A model generated the notes under the pieces. It was not told the origin of the DNA. It made no database searches and saw only the letters and a list, made by a program, of their open reading frames with translations. A stretch of DNA of 64,000 bases from Candidatus Latescibacterota bacterium (GTDB lineage Bacteria; Latescibacterota; CBDEFO01), in contig OZ252149.1 in the NCBI GenBank assembly GCA_965248755.1, forward strand, positions 1,440,001 to 1,504,000, in the 5' to 3' direction. The position numbers were made by a program, and so were the translations under genes. This document shows, one piece after another, positions 9,578 through 20,024 of this stretch. The stretch's first letter is position 1; each line of letters opens with the position of its first letter.

Positions 9578-11425
9578 TCACTTGAGGTCCACCTTCTGCA
9601 GATCGCGCCGTGGGAGGATGAGGCTGACCGCCGTTCCCACCAGGATGCTCACCGCCAGCGACACCGGTCCAATCCACTGAAAGCTGATCGGGTCGACGCA
9701 CGTCTTCCAAGGTTCGCCGCTGACCGGGTCGATCTTGGTAATGACTTCCACGTTAAACATTGCCGGATCGACACCGAATTGCGTGTGTAGCCAATAGACC
9801 AGCGGACCGGAAAAAGCAATCGACGCTGCGGAAGCGATTGCCAGCACTGTTCCGATCCAGACCCCCGGCACCGTCGCACGCCGCACGAACAGGGCGAAAA
9901 AGAAGAGCCCGAAAATGGGTGCCGTCAGCAGGTTGACCGTCTTGTTCGTCATGGCCGTAATGTTGCCGGGGATGTATCCCATGTAGGAGCTGCCCAGCAC
10001 CACAGTCAGTCCAATGCCCAGCGCCAACAGCCGCGCCACGAGCACGTGACCCTTTTCGGTTCTTGGCTTCAAGCCGAATCGATCCAGAAAATCGGTCATG
10101 ACGACAGCCGTGACCGAGTTGACTCCCGAATCGATACTCGACATGGCCGCCGCGAACATCGCCGCGACGACTAGCCCGGACACGCCGATGGGAAGATAAA
10201 AGGCAATGTAGTGTGGAAACAGATCATCGGCGTTGGATTTCAGGTCCATGCCCTCCGGCAGATCAGCGTAATTCGCTTGAAAGTAGCCCAACAGAGCGAA
10301 TCCGACCAAGGTCAGCGTCAACCCGACGATCACACCAACCGTCAGTTGCGTGGCCACCGCTCGCTGGGCAGCGCGTAGATCAGTCGTCGCCATAAAACGC
10401 TGGATGACCGTCTGATCCCCGCCGGCAGTACAAACGTACCAAGTAAGAACCGAAAGGATGGTACCAACCACGGTGACACGGGTCTGTGGATCGAAGCTGA
10501 AGAAGGGCTGCGTATCCCAATTCGGGTGCCAAGTGGTGGGGAACCACCCCAATCCACCAAGACTCCAGCTGACGGTCACAAGCACCAACAAGGCACCGCC
10601 AAAAAGCAGCATGGTTTGCATGAAGTCGGTTACCACGACCGCCCGAAGACCGCCTAGTGTGGTGTAGATCACCGACACCACTCCCGTTACAAGCACGATC
10701 AACGGTATCCATTTGGCATCGACGCCCATCATCACCGTAAGTGCCTTGGCGGCCAGATAAACCAGCAGCGTCATCCAGAACAGACGCAGGGTAAGGAACA
10801 TCACCGCACCCAACAGGCGTATACTCAACCCCAGCCTTTCTTCCAGCAACTCGTAGGCGCTGGTGACGCGGTGTCGCATATAAACTGGCAGCAGGACGTG
10901 CGCTATGATGAAATAGATCAGCGGGTAGCCTAACAGGCTGAACAGAATGACCGGTCCTTTGCCAGCGCTCTCGCCGGGGATCGACAAGTAGGAGATCGTG
11001 CTCAACAGCGTTGCGAACAGCGAAACGCCTATCAGGAGCGAGTTTATGTTGCCTCCACCGACGAAATACTCCTCGGTGGAACTCTGCTTGCGGCTGAAAT
11101 AGACTCCCAGACCGATCGTCGAAACCGCGTAAATTGCGATGAGCACCCAATCCAGGGGCTGCAGGCCGACAGTTTTCATCACGGTCGATTGAGCCACCGC
11201 CTCGTCTGCCAAGGCCGAGTTACCCGGGAGCGCCAAGTAAGCAGCACACAGGGCGAGAGGGTGTTTTAATACCTTAAGAGAGAGGCCGCCGCCCCGCCGA
11301 AACATGGACAATGCCTGGCTCGAAACACCGTCGAAACAGCATAGATTTAATCGTGCAGATAATTTCATGGGTGCAACCAGCCGGTAAGTCTTGATAGGGG
11401 AAATGATCACAAATCTAACAGTCAA
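9578..11425 (-). CDS. Sodium:solute symporter (SSS family). The true start is probably downstream, near 11305 or 11180
   Basis: EEYFVGG, GVSLFATLLSTISYL, SAYELLEERLG, YTTLGGLRAVVVTD, AAAMSSIDSGVNS; many TM segments; visibly GC-richer than its flanks. Confidence 0.9.
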   Translation of the reverse strand: MTVRFVIISPIKTYRLVAPMKLSARLNLCCFDGVSSQALSMFRRGGGLSLKVLKHPLALCAAYLALPGNSALADEAVAQSTVMKTVGLQPLDWVLIAIYAVSTIGLGVYFSRKQSSTEEYFVGGGNINSLLIGVSLFATLLSTISYLSIPGESAGKGPVILFSLLGYPLIYFIIAHVLLPVYMRHRVTSAYELLEERLGLSIRLLGAVMFLTLRLFWMTLLVYLAAKALTVMMGVDAKWIPLIVLVTGVVSVIYTTLGGLRAVVVTDFMQTMLLFGGALLVLVTVSWSLGGLGWFPTTWHPNWDTQPFFSFDPQTRVTVVGTILSVLTWYVCTAGGDQTVIQRFMATTDLRAAQRAVATQLTVGVIVGLTLTLVGFALLGYFQANYADLPEGMDLKSNADDLFPHYIAFYLPIGVSGLVVAAMFAAAMSSIDSGVNSVTAVVMTDFLDRFGLKPRTEKGHVLVARLLALGIGLTVVLGSSYMGYIPGNITAMTNKTVNLLTAPIFGLFFFALFVRRATVPGVWIGTVLAIASAASIAFSGPLVYWLHTQFGVDPAMFNVEVITKIDPVSGEPWKTCVDPISFQWIGPVSLAVSILVGTAVSLILPRRDLQKVDLK

Positions 11426-11779
11426 TTCCCAGTGGGGAAGCCCTGGGCGTAGCGGTCCCCCAATCGCTCCACTCCCGTTGCCAATCTCCTTACAGAGCCG
11501 TTACGCCGTTGCCAATAACAGGTGTTATTCCTAACCTTTGTTGGCGAGCGCCCTCTGCGGAAGTTCACGGCGAAATCGAGACTGGCATGGAACAAAACGG
11601 TCACTCTCTCCTCTAATCCGACATTCCCCATATCAAATTTACAAGGGATTATAATTAGCTAGAATCTTGTTCGTGAATTAATATTGCCACTTTTACATTT
11701 TTCAACAAGTACTTTTTTCAATCAAAATAGCATTCTCCTCTGAATTATTACTTTCTTTGTGCTGATATCTTCCAATTAG

Positions 11780-11970
11780 AGACACTTCTCAATGGAGATA
11801 TGTGCACCGGAATTGACAGTTGTATGCTGACCAGTCCTGCTCGCCAACGTACAGGGCTTTCGGAACTGTCCAAATCCAGAATGATTCGTCCCTTCTTGAA
11901 TCCACAGACCACTTATATCTGACAGGCTGTTGAGATTTTCGAGCAGCGCCAGTATCTCTGTATTTATGCT
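11780..11970 (-). pseudogene. IS1380-family transposase remnant
   Basis: Minus-strand manual translation: NTEILALLENLNSLSDISGLWIQ / RIILDLDSSESPV / GEQDWSAYNCQFRCT, resembling IS1380 ILDMDSSESPVHGEQEGSAYNGHF; frameshifted. Confidence 0.65.
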
Positions 11971-12167
11971 TTCACCCTCTGGATGATCAATATCTATCCG
12001 TCATTTATGAGTCTTATCTACATATAGTATAACATGTTCTGGGGACTTTGACAAACATTCTTGGGGTCTAATGATGGGGAATGGGGGCTCGCAGACTTTC
12101 TAATGATTTTCTGAAAACTCTTAAGAAAACTCCACGTTTCCGAATCACAAGAACTATCAGAATGCTA

Positions 12168-12196
12168 TTGACAATAGTCCTTCAGGGACATATATT
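12168..12196 (+). promoter_or_regulatory. Putative sigma70 promoter of glmM-zapA-murA
   Basis: TTGACA-17 nt-TATATT. Confidence 0.6.
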
Positions 12197-12253
12197 GATC
12201 CAGAGCAGAAAATATTGGATCTTTCAATCTCCTTCTCTTAGCACTATCCGACT

Positions 12254-13627
12254 ATGGAAAAGGTCATCATAGGAGTCTCAGGTGTAAGAGGCATCGTAGG
12301 CCAGGGGCTATCTGCCAAGGATGTTCTTGAGATGTCCGCCGCCTTCGGAAAGATCTGTGAGGTAGGAAACGTGCTGGTGGGAGGGGATACCAGGACGTCG
12401 GGAGATATGCTCAGATACGCCGCTATATCGGGCCTCCTCTGGGCAGGATCAGACGCAACAGATGCAGGAATTTGTCCCACCCCCACAATTCAGATGGCCG
12501 TTAAGGACGGTGACTTCCAGGGAGGAATAGCGGTAACTGCAAGTCATAATCCCCCCGAGTGGAACGGACTCAAATTCATAGGCCCAGACGGCATATTCTT
12601 ATCCCCGATAGATTCAATCAGGGATAAAGAAAAAGGCAGAAAACCTGCAGATCTCTTCCAAAAATGCAAGGTTCCTCCCCCGGACTGGGAAAAAGTAGGG
12701 CACGTCAAAGCTGCCAGTTGCTTCATAAAAGAACACATCTATAAAATACTCTCACTCGATCTTGTGGATGTTCAGAAGATAAGAGAGAGAAGGTTCAAAG
12801 TAGCGATAGACTGCTGCAACGGGGCAGGTTCCCTTATAAGCCCCCTCCTTCTGAGACATCTCGGATGCGAAGTGATCGAACTGAACTCAAAGCCTGATGG
12901 GATCTTCCCTCACGATCCCGAACCTGTTCCTGAGAGCCTTGGACAACTCTCTACAGCCGTGGGAGAATATGGTGCAGATGTGGGATTTGCGAACGATCCT
13001 GACGCCGACCGACTCTCCATCGTATCGGAAAAGGGGGAGGCTATCGGCGAAGAATACACGTTAGCTCTCTGTGTAAAATTTGTATTGATAAAGAAGAAAG
13101 GTCCAGTGGTCGCTAATCTATCTACGAGCCGCATGTTAGACGATATTGCCGCTGAATTCGGCACAAAGGTGCACAGATCAGCCGTCGGAGAGCTCAACGT
13201 GGCAAAAAAGATGCAAACGGTAGATGCCGTCGTAGGAGGCGAGGGCAACGGAGGTGTTATGCTCCCTGCATTGCATCTGGGGAGAGACGCTCCTCTGGGC
13301 ACGGCGTTAATTTTGAGCTATTTAGCCCAATCTGAAAAGACTCTCTCAGATCTTGCATCTTCCATCCCGAAGTACGTTATGCTCAAACAAAAACTGGACC
13401 TTGGGACCAAAGAACCATCGGAGGTGCTCCATTTAGTAAAGCAGATCTATTCCAAAGAATACATGGATCACACAGACGGGGTTAAGGTTATGGGACCAGA
13501 TTGGTGGCTCCACGTCAGAGCATCAAATACCGAACCTGTGCTCCGCCTCATATCCGAAGCCCCACAAAGAAAAAAAGCCGAACTTTTGTGCAAAAGCATC
13601 AAAGATAGACTGAGAAAATTCAAATGA
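12254..13627 (+). CDS. glmM: Alpha-D-phosphohexomutase (phosphoglucosamine mutase / phosphomannomutase)
   Basis: SGVRG, TASHNP (phospho-Ser), DPDADR (metal loop), GEGNGG, RASNTEP. Linkage to murA favours GlmM. Confidence 0.75.
   Translation: MEKVIIGVSGVRGIVGQGLSAKDVLEMSAAFGKICEVGNVLVGGDTRTSGDMLRYAAISGLLWAGSDATDAGICPTPTIQMAVKDGDFQGGIAVTASHNPPEWNGLKFIGPDGIFLSPIDSIRDKEKGRKPADLFQKCKVPPPDWEKVGHVKAASCFIKEHIYKILSLDLVDVQKIRERRFKVAIDCCNGAGSLISPLLLRHLGCEVIELNSKPDGIFPHDPEPVPESLGQLSTAVGEYGADVGFANDPDADRLSIVSEKGEAIGEEYTLALCVKFVLIKKKGPVVANLSTSRMLDDIAAEFGTKVHRSAVGELNVAKKMQTVDAVVGGEGNGGVMLPALHLGRDAPLGTALILSYLAQSEKTLSDLASSIPKYVMLKQKLDLGTKEPSEVLHLVKQIYSKEYMDHTDGVKVMGPDWWLHVRASNTEPVLRLISEAPQRKKAELLCKSIKDRLRKFK
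12601..12625. repeat. Short palindromic element in-frame in glmM
   Basis: atccccgatagattcaatcagggat encodes SPIDSIRD. Confidence 0.8.
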
Positions 13628-13917
13628 CACAGGACACAACGGTCGAACTAAACATATACGGCGTGTCCTACTCTATAAGTACATCGGAATCTGAAGAGTA
13701 TGCAAAGAGGGTCACCCAATATGTGAACGAGAAGATGAAAGAGGTCTCTGCAAAGAGCGTCGGACGCTCAGACCTCCAGATAGCCGTCTTTGCGGCTCTT
13801 AACATAGCGGACGAACTCTTCCAGGAGAAAAAGAAGAAATCGCAAACTCCAAATCCGACGGAAGGAAGGCTTATTCGACTTTCTGAAATGTTGTCCAAAG
13901 AGATCGACAACCTGTAA
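13624..13917 (+). CDS. zapA: Cell division protein ZapA
   Basis: VELNIYGVSY...YVNEKMKEV...AVFAALNIADEL; 97 aa; ATGA overlap with glmM. Confidence 0.9.
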   Translation: MTQDTTVELNIYGVSYSISTSESEEYAKRVTQYVNEKMKEVSAKSVGRSDLQIAVFAALNIADELFQEKKKKSQTPNPTEGRLIRLSEMLSKEIDNL

Positions 13918-13936
13918 ATTGTTATAACTCATGAAT

Positions 13937-13963
13937 GCAGGGGCAGGGCTAACCCGCCCCTAC
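13937..13963 (-). repeat. GTAG-type REP-like palindrome
   Basis: Minus strand gtaggggcgggttagccctgcccctgc. Confidence 0.6.
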
Positions 13964-14006
13964 AACAACGCACGTTAGGGCAAATCGTTTGCGTACACAG
14001 GAACAG

Positions 14007-15290
14007 ATGCAAAGGCTCATAGTAGAGGGTGGGCATTCCCTGAAGGGAACTGTGGTTCCCAGCGGGAACAAAAACTCGGCACAGCCTATCTTGGCCGCCT
14101 GCCTTCTGACAGATGAGCAGGTGACTTTGGACAACGTTCCCCGCATTAGAGACGTTGAGACCATAATATCTATTCTCCAAAAGATAGGCGTGGACGTATC
14201 TTTTCAGAAAGAGCAAAACCGTGTTACCGTGCGGGCTAAGAGCTTAGATGCCACCGAGTTAGACCCAGAGCTTTGCGAACTTGCAAGGGGATCCGTAACG
14301 TTAGCTGGCCCCATGCTTGCAAGGTGCGGCAGAGTCAGACTTCCACGTCCCGGAGGCGATAAGATAGGTCGCCGCAGGATAGACACCCACATCCTTGCCC
14401 TCAGACAGATGGGGGCGAGGATAGAGCCTTCGTATTACTTCTACGACATGGAGGCCCCCAACGGTCTGAAAGGAGCGGACATTCTCCTTGACGAGGCGAG
14501 CGTCACCGCCACAGAGAGCACAATTATGGCGGCTTCGACCGCAAAAGGAGAGACTATCATAAGGAACGCTGCATCAGAGCCGCACGTCCAGGAACTCTGC
14601 TGCTTCCTCAACATGATCGGAGCCCGAATATCGGGCATAGGGAGCAACACCATCACAGTCGAGGGCACAGACTCGCTCGGCGGCGGAACTCACACAGTGG
14701 AATCCGACTATCAGGAGATAGGAAGTTTCATAGGACTTGCCTCTGTCACTGACAGCGAGATACTCATAAAAGGCGCTGTCCCTCACCACATGAGAATGAC
14801 TCTGATGGTCTTTAAGCGCCTCGGAATCCAGGTTGAAGTAAGAGGCCAGGACATACTTGTCCCCGAAGGTCAAAATCTCAAAGTAGAATCCGACCTGCAC
14901 GGGGCTATCCTCAAGATAGACGACGCCCCCTGGCCCGGATTCCCCCCGGATCTTATGAGCATTGCACTCGTGGTCGCCACACAGGCTGAGGGCACGGTCT
15001 TGATCTTCGAGAAGATGTACGAAAGCAGGCTCTTCTTCGTTGACAGGCTCATCGAAATGGGGGCAAAGATAATCCTTTGCGATCCTCACCGAGCCGTCGT
15101 ACAGGGACCCTCCAAGTTGCACGGCGAGACCGTAGTTAGTCCCGACATCAGAGCAGGGATGGGGCTCCTTATCGCCAGCCTCTGCGCCCAAGGAACAAGC
15201 GTCATGCACAACATCGGGCAGATAGACAGAGGATACGAAAGGATAGACGAAAAGCTCAAAGCGCTTGGCGCTAAGATACAAAGAGCGTGA
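14007..15290 (+). CDS. murA: UDP-N-acetylglucosamine 1-carboxyvinyltransferase (Asp-type loop)
   Basis: [54 protein letters not shown]. Confidence 0.95.
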   Translation: MQRLIVEGGHSLKGTVVPSGNKNSAQPILAACLLTDEQVTLDNVPRIRDVETIISILQKIGVDVSFQKEQNRVTVRAKSLDATELDPELCELARGSVTLAGPMLARCGRVRLPRPGGDKIGRRRIDTHILALRQMGARIEPSYYFYDMEAPNGLKGADILLDEASVTATESTIMAASTAKGETIIRNAASEPHVQELCCFLNMIGARISGIGSNTITVEGTDSLGGGTHTVESDYQEIGSFIGLASVTDSEILIKGAVPHHMRMTLMVFKRLGIQVEVRGQDILVPEGQNLKVESDLHGAILKIDDAPWPGFPPDLMSIALVVATQAEGTVLIFEKMYESRLFFVDRLIEMGAKIILCDPHRAVVQGPSKLHGETVVSPDIRAGMGLLIASLCAQGTSVMHNIGQIDRGYERIDEKLKALGAKIQRA

Positions 15291-15331
15291 TCAAACAAAG
15301 ATAGTAGACGGCGCATCTCCTCCCTTCCTTT

Positions 15332-15450
15332 TAGATTACTTCGCTACGCCCCGGTTGAATCGGGGGTCCGATAACGGTTCGTTGTTGCTTGCAATGAGGT
15401 CTGATGAGACCTTTGGTCATTGCAAGGGGTGAAACCCTGAAGCAATCTCA
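15332..15450. repeat. Degenerate GATTGCTTCG...GCAATGAC-type palindromic repeat pair with a nested short palindrome (15349..15365)
   Basis: agattacttcgctacg[ccccggttgaatcgggg]...ttgcaatgag and gtcattgcaagggg...gaagcaatct; same family as the MITE core. Confidence 0.6.
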
Positions 15451-15490
15451 CGTAGACTACCTCTCCTTCTTAGCTGTTCACTTGTTTTCA

Positions 15491-16597
15491 ATGAATCCGA
15501 AGATGCAATATCCCCCAGAATGGAACAGAACTGTTGAAGAGATCCTGTCAAAAGCTCGAACGGCGGTCTGCAAGGACTCTACTCCTGGCGGATTGACAAT
15601 GCTCTTGGGCGCGACAGATGTGGGCAAGACTACCTTTGCGAAGTTCCTGATTGAAAGGTCGTACTCTGAAGGGTTAAGGACAGCTTACATAGATGCAGAT
15701 ATAGGTCAAAAGACGGTAGGGCTCCCGGCTACGGTAAGTCTTGCATTCATCGTTCGTACGCCTGGAGATATTTCCGATATAAAGCCAGATGTCTCTTATT
15801 TTGTGGGTGATACCTCTCCTCTGGGACACACCTTGGAGATTGTGTCAGGACTGCGGAGACTTTCAGATGAGGCCCTAAAGATGGAGGCGGATGCGATCCT
15901 CCTGGATACGACAGGTCTGGTCTGGGGTGAGCATGCAATGCGGCTGAAGTCTCATAAGATAGACATGCTGTCCCCTGAATATATCGTAGCTTTTCAAAGG
16001 GAGGATGAAGTCGAACATATCTTGCGTCCCTACGACAAAAGGGGGGATATGAAGATCATAAGGCTTTCGGTTCCTCCTGATATCTCAAAAAGGACGATGG
16101 AGAGGAGGAAGGCTCACAGAGAGGGGAAGTTTGGGAGGTATTTCAAGGACGCCAGGACTGTGGAGTTTGAAAGAAAGGAGGTTCAGATTACGGGGACACC
16201 TCTCTCATTTGAGGGCGGACTTTCACCGGACGATCTGGATTTCCTATCAGATGCACTCGATACTCCTGTAGCCTACGCTGAGAAAGATGCAAGATGTCTT
16301 TATATTGTCGTATCTTCGGATTATTCGAAAGATAAGATATATCGATTAAAGGCCCGGTTTGGAGAAAAGATCTGTATCCTTAATAAGATCGATCTTGAAG
16401 GTCTCCTTGTAGGGCTCAACGACGGACACGATCGAACGTTGGCTGTGGGCATAATTGAGGAAATCGATTTTGAAGAGGGACGGCTTTGGGTAAAGAGTCC
16501 AATTGAAAATAGAGTGGAAGTCAAGCTTATCCGCTCAGGTTTTATGAGATTAAGTAAGCTGGCTCAGGAAATAGGTAGGTTCTCTATATGTAAATAG
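15491..16597 (+). CDS. Clp1/Grc3-family polynucleotide 5'-hydroxyl kinase
   Basis: Walker A GATDVGKTT, DADIGQ, DTTG (Walker B region), lid-like ERRKAHRE and C-terminal GLLVGLND...GIIEEIDF. Start moved to ATG 15491 (or 15503) because the upstream ORF part is a repeat. Confidence 0.85.
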   Translation: MNPKMQYPPEWNRTVEEILSKARTAVCKDSTPGGLTMLLGATDVGKTTFAKFLIERSYSEGLRTAYIDADIGQKTVGLPATVSLAFIVRTPGDISDIKPDVSYFVGDTSPLGHTLEIVSGLRRLSDEALKMEADAILLDTTGLVWGEHAMRLKSHKIDMLSPEYIVAFQREDEVEHILRPYDKRGDMKIIRLSVPPDISKRTMERRKAHREGKFGRYFKDARTVEFERKEVQITGTPLSFEGGLSPDDLDFLSDALDTPVAYAEKDARCLYIVVSSDYSKDKIYRLKARFGEKICILNKIDLEGLLVGLNDGHDRTLAVGIIEEIDFEEGRLWVKSPIENRVEVKLIRSGFMRLSKLAQEIGRFSICK

Positions 16598-16662
16598 GGG
16601 CGAACCCGTGTGTTCGCCCAGTTAATTGTATTTTCGGGACAGACAGGTGGATCTGCCCCTAC
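16595..16662. repeat. Inverted pair of REP-like palindromes between convergent genes
   Basis: taggggcgaacccgtgtgttcgccc (16595..16619) and gggacagacaggtggatctgcccctac (16636..16662). Confidence 0.7.
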
Positions 16663-16667
16663 TGCCT

Positions 16668-19571
16668 TTACAGCGCATCTGCCAATATTTCCACAGGGTG
16701 TCTGGTTTTTCTTCCCGTTCCATCCTCTATCTGATGGCGGCAGGACATTCCGGACGCAGCTATTTCGAAATCGTGAGGCGTCTGGCCGATAGTCTTGAAG
16801 AGATCGAGTTCCCCAATTTTCATTGAAATGTCGTAGTGCTCCGATTCGTAGCCGAAGGAGCCTGCCATGCCGCAGCAGCCGGAGTTGGCGTCCACTACTT
16901 CATATCCGGGAGGAAGACTTAGGACTTCTATGGAGGGCTCTGATCCGATGAGGGCCTTCTGGTGGCAGTGTCCATGGAGGAGTATCTTTTTCTTTACGTC
17001 TTTGAATTCAATGCCGAGTTCCCCTTCATCCACCAGGAGTTTGAGGAATTCCTCTATCATATAGGTGTTCCGAGCGACCTCTTTGGCCTTTTGGTCCTTT
17101 ACAAGGTCCAGATAGTCGTCCCTTATGACTGAGACGCAACTAGGTTCACATCCGACTATCTTGTAGCCCTTCTGGACGTAGTCGTAGAGACTGGAGACGT
17201 TGTACTCGGCGTTTTCTATGGCTTTGTCTATCATTCCTTTGGATATCATTGGTCTGCCACAGCAGACCTTTTGAGGAAGAATCACCCTGAAACCCGCTCT
17301 TTCCATAAGATAGACGGCCGCTTTTCCGATTTCGGGATAGTTATACTCCATAAAGCTATCGTTAAAGAGTACAACTGTGCCCAGGTCCCGCTTCTGGCTC
17401 TTTTCTCCTGACGTGTGGAACTTTCCATCGTCAAACCATTTTGAGAAGGTCTTTGAAGCAAAGGGAGGTAGATCTCTCCTGCTATCGATTCCGAATAGCA
17501 CCTCCATTGCCCATTTGGAGGGATAGCTCTTTGCTATCCAGTTGGATAGAGGAGCAAAGGTGCTTCCAAATCGGCCCAGGGCAGCGATGTTTCCGAAGAG
17601 CCTGTTTCTCAAAGGGAGACCGTTCTTTTTGTAGTAGTGGGCCAAGAATTCGTATTTGAGCTTGGCCATGTCAACGTTTGAGGGACACTCGGCTTTACAT
17701 CCTTTGCACTCCAGGCACAGGTCGAGGACGTCAAAGAGCCTTTTGCTCGTAAACTCCTCGTGGGGAAATCTGCCCGAAAGGACAGCCCTGAGGGCGTTGG
17801 CTCTCCCTCTTGTGGAGTGTTCTTCCTCCTTGGTCGCCATAAAGGAAGGGCACATCGTCCCGTCTATCTTTTTTCTGCAAGCCCCCGAGCCATTGCAGAG
17901 TTCCACGGAGAGGTCGAATCCGCCGTCGGCTGAAAAGTCGAAGTATGTGTCTATCTGAATGGTCTTGTAATCTGCCCCGAATCTCAAGTTTTCGTTCATG
18001 TCCTCTGCATATACAATCTTACCCGGGTTCATGATATTGTCCGGGTCGAAGGCGGCTTTGACCTCTTTGAAGGCTCCGTAAAGTGCCGGTCCGAACATCT
18101 TCTGATTCCAGCAACTTCTGGCCAGACCGTCTCCGTGCTCCGCACTCATCGAGCCTCCGAATTCTAGCACCAAGTCGCTTATCTCATCTGCTATGGATCT
18201 TATATTCTCTATCTGTTCTTTGTCCTTAAGGTTTATCAAAGGGCGGATGTGGAGACAACCGACGCTGGCGTGCGCGTAGTAACCGGAGGTGGTCCCGTAT
18301 TTTTCTATTATCTTATCGAATTTCCTTACATAGTCGGGGAGCTTTTCGGGTGAGACCGCGGTGTCCTCCACAAACGGAATAGGCTTTGTGTCGCCTTTCA
18401 TGCTCATAAAGAGTCCCAGTCCTGCCTTTCTTACGTTCCATACGTTATTCTGCTCTTGGGGATCTATAGCTCTTACGAAGGCGCTCCCCATATTTTTGCT
18501 CTCGAGACGTCCTTCTAGGCCGTCGAGTTGACCTTTCAGTTCATCCTGGGATGTCCCGTAGAACTCCACGATGAGGATAGCTCCAGGGTCGCCCTGCACA
18601 AAGGTCCTCCTCCTCGAGTACTCGAGCGACCCCTTGGCCAGATCTAAGAGGGTCTTGTCCACAAGTTCCACGGCCGAAGGAGCCGATTCGAGGATCGTCT
18701 CCACAGCTTCCATAGAGTCTGTCAAAGTTTCAAAGTGGACTATGTCAAGGGCTGTCATTTGAGGCACTTCGACCAGACCGATTTTGGCCTCGACCACTGT
18801 CGCAAGTGTGCCTTCAGAGCCTACAACGATCTTGGAGAGATTGAATTTGTCACATAACCTATCTTCGACTTTGTCTATAAACTCGTCGAGGTTGTAGCCC
18901 CCTACTCTCCTTAGTATCTTGGGGTAACTTCTCAAAATTTCCTCTTTGTTCTCCTGTACGATCCTTCTAACTTCGCGATATACGTGTCCCTCCAGGTCTT
19001 CAAGGCTCATTTTATCTCTAAGTTCGACCTCAGAAAGTCCTTTAAATACAGTCTCTTTGCCGTTTGACAGGACAACAGAGAGTTCCTGTGTGTAATCTAC
19101 GGTCTTGCCGTAGATAATTGAGTGTGCTCCTGATGAGTTGTTTCCTATCATCCCTCCGATGTTGGCCCTGTCGCTTGTGGCTACGTCGGGTGCGAACATA
19201 AGGTTGTAGGTTTTGAGGTAGACGTTAAGTTCGTCCAATACGACTCCGGGCTGGACTCTTACCCATCTTTCCTCCCGATTTAATTCCAATATCTTGTCCA
19301 TGTATTTGGACATATCTATGATAACGGCCTCGCCTATGGCCTGTCCTGCAAGGCTGGTTCCTGCTCCTCTGGGAAGGACGGGAACCTTGCGGTCTTTAGC
19401 GATGTTCATAGCTGTAACGACATCGTCCTTGTGCTTAGGTATGACGACTCCCATAGGTTCGATCTGGTATATGCTGGCATCTGTGCTGTAAAGCATCCTT
19501 GAGTATTTGTCGAATCTGACTTCGCCTTCCACGTTCTTTTTAAATTCATCTGATAGATCTGGCATTCCCAT
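16668..19571 (-). CDS. FAD-binding / Fe-S oxidoreductase (GlcD-GlcF fusion, YdiJ-like)
   Basis: YSTDAS, PRGAGTSLAGQ, GGMIGNNSSG, GSEGTL, SAEHGDG, CNGSGAC, CLECKGCKAECP, CCG motifs; start after GAAAGGA. Confidence 0.9.
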   Translation of the reverse strand: MGMPDLSDEFKKNVEGEVRFDKYSRMLYSTDASIYQIEPMGVVIPKHKDDVVTAMNIAKDRKVPVLPRGAGTSLAGQAIGEAVIIDMSKYMDKILELNREERWVRVQPGVVLDELNVYLKTYNLMFAPDVATSDRANIGGMIGNNSSGAHSIIYGKTVDYTQELSVVLSNGKETVFKGLSEVELRDKMSLEDLEGHVYREVRRIVQENKEEILRSYPKILRRVGGYNLDEFIDKVEDRLCDKFNLSKIVVGSEGTLATVVEAKIGLVEVPQMTALDIVHFETLTDSMEAVETILESAPSAVELVDKTLLDLAKGSLEYSRRRTFVQGDPGAILIVEFYGTSQDELKGQLDGLEGRLESKNMGSAFVRAIDPQEQNNVWNVRKAGLGLFMSMKGDTKPIPFVEDTAVSPEKLPDYVRKFDKIIEKYGTTSGYYAHASVGCLHIRPLINLKDKEQIENIRSIADEISDLVLEFGGSMSAEHGDGLARSCWNQKMFGPALYGAFKEVKAAFDPDNIMNPGKIVYAEDMNENLRFGADYKTIQIDTYFDFSADGGFDLSVELCNGSGACRKKIDGTMCPSFMATKEEEHSTRGRANALRAVLSGRFPHEEFTSKRLFDVLDLCLECKGCKAECPSNVDMAKLKYEFLAHYYKKNGLPLRNRLFGNIAALGRFGSTFAPLSNWIAKSYPSKWAMEVLFGIDSRRDLPPFASKTFSKWFDDGKFHTSGEKSQKRDLGTVVLFNDSFMEYNYPEIGKAAVYLMERAGFRVILPQKVCCGRPMISKGMIDKAIENAEYNVSSLYDYVQKGYKIVGCEPSCVSVIRDDYLDLVKDQKAKEVARNTYMIEEFLKLLVDEGELGIEFKDVKKKILLHGHCHQKALIGSEPSIEVLSLPPGYEVVDANSGCCGMAGSFGYESEHYDISMKIGELDLFKTIGQTPHDFEIAASGMSCRHQIEDGTGRKTRHPVEILADAL

Positions 19572-20024
19572 TGTTCCTTTCAAAAAGGCTTGTCTTGGGC
19601 TTTCAGCTTATGGATCAAATTTGGTATCTTCTACAGTACAGTTTAGCAAAACCGCACTATGTTGTCAATCAAAATTATGCAAGGAAGAACGTCGGAAGTC
19701 TATCGATCTGTCGGAACTTTGCGATGAGCTTTCTGATCTCCTCACTTGAGCTTGTCGAAGTGCGGCCAAAGGTGTACTCAGATCAACAAACAGGGTAGAT
19801 CAGGTCTCTCGCCTGGTCTTGGAACATCCTTTCGCTCCTGCGCAACCGATACTTTCGCGAAGATTAAATGGCTCTGTCTCCAGAAATAAGTTCTTGACAT
19901 TTAATCACTTCTTACATACTTTAATTATTGTTGGATAATTTACGCGGGGGCAAAACTGGCGTATCAAGAAGGGGAACGTTGCAGCTGAACTTCATTCAGA
20001 TTGTCAAAAAGTAGGAATACCATT

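Noticed and set aside
10380..11150. 256-aa alternative-frame ORF within the symporter, and similar shadow ORFs over other GC-rich genes
   Set aside because: Arg/Pro-rich off-frame products of GC-rich codon usage with no motifs.
13918..14006. 6S RNA downstream of zapA
   Set aside because: The gap is only ~90 bp and is occupied by a REP-like hairpin.
15404..15490. N-terminal extension of the Clp1 ORF (VIARGETLKQS) and the VIARSKATKQS ORFs at 5383..5595 and 47622..48299
   Set aside because: These are translations of the palindromic repeat or MITE, or shadow frames, not supported genes.
19940..19990. c-di-GMP-I riboswitch (GGCAAAAC start)
   Set aside because: Lacks the GAAA tetraloop stem and the GACGCAAA segment.
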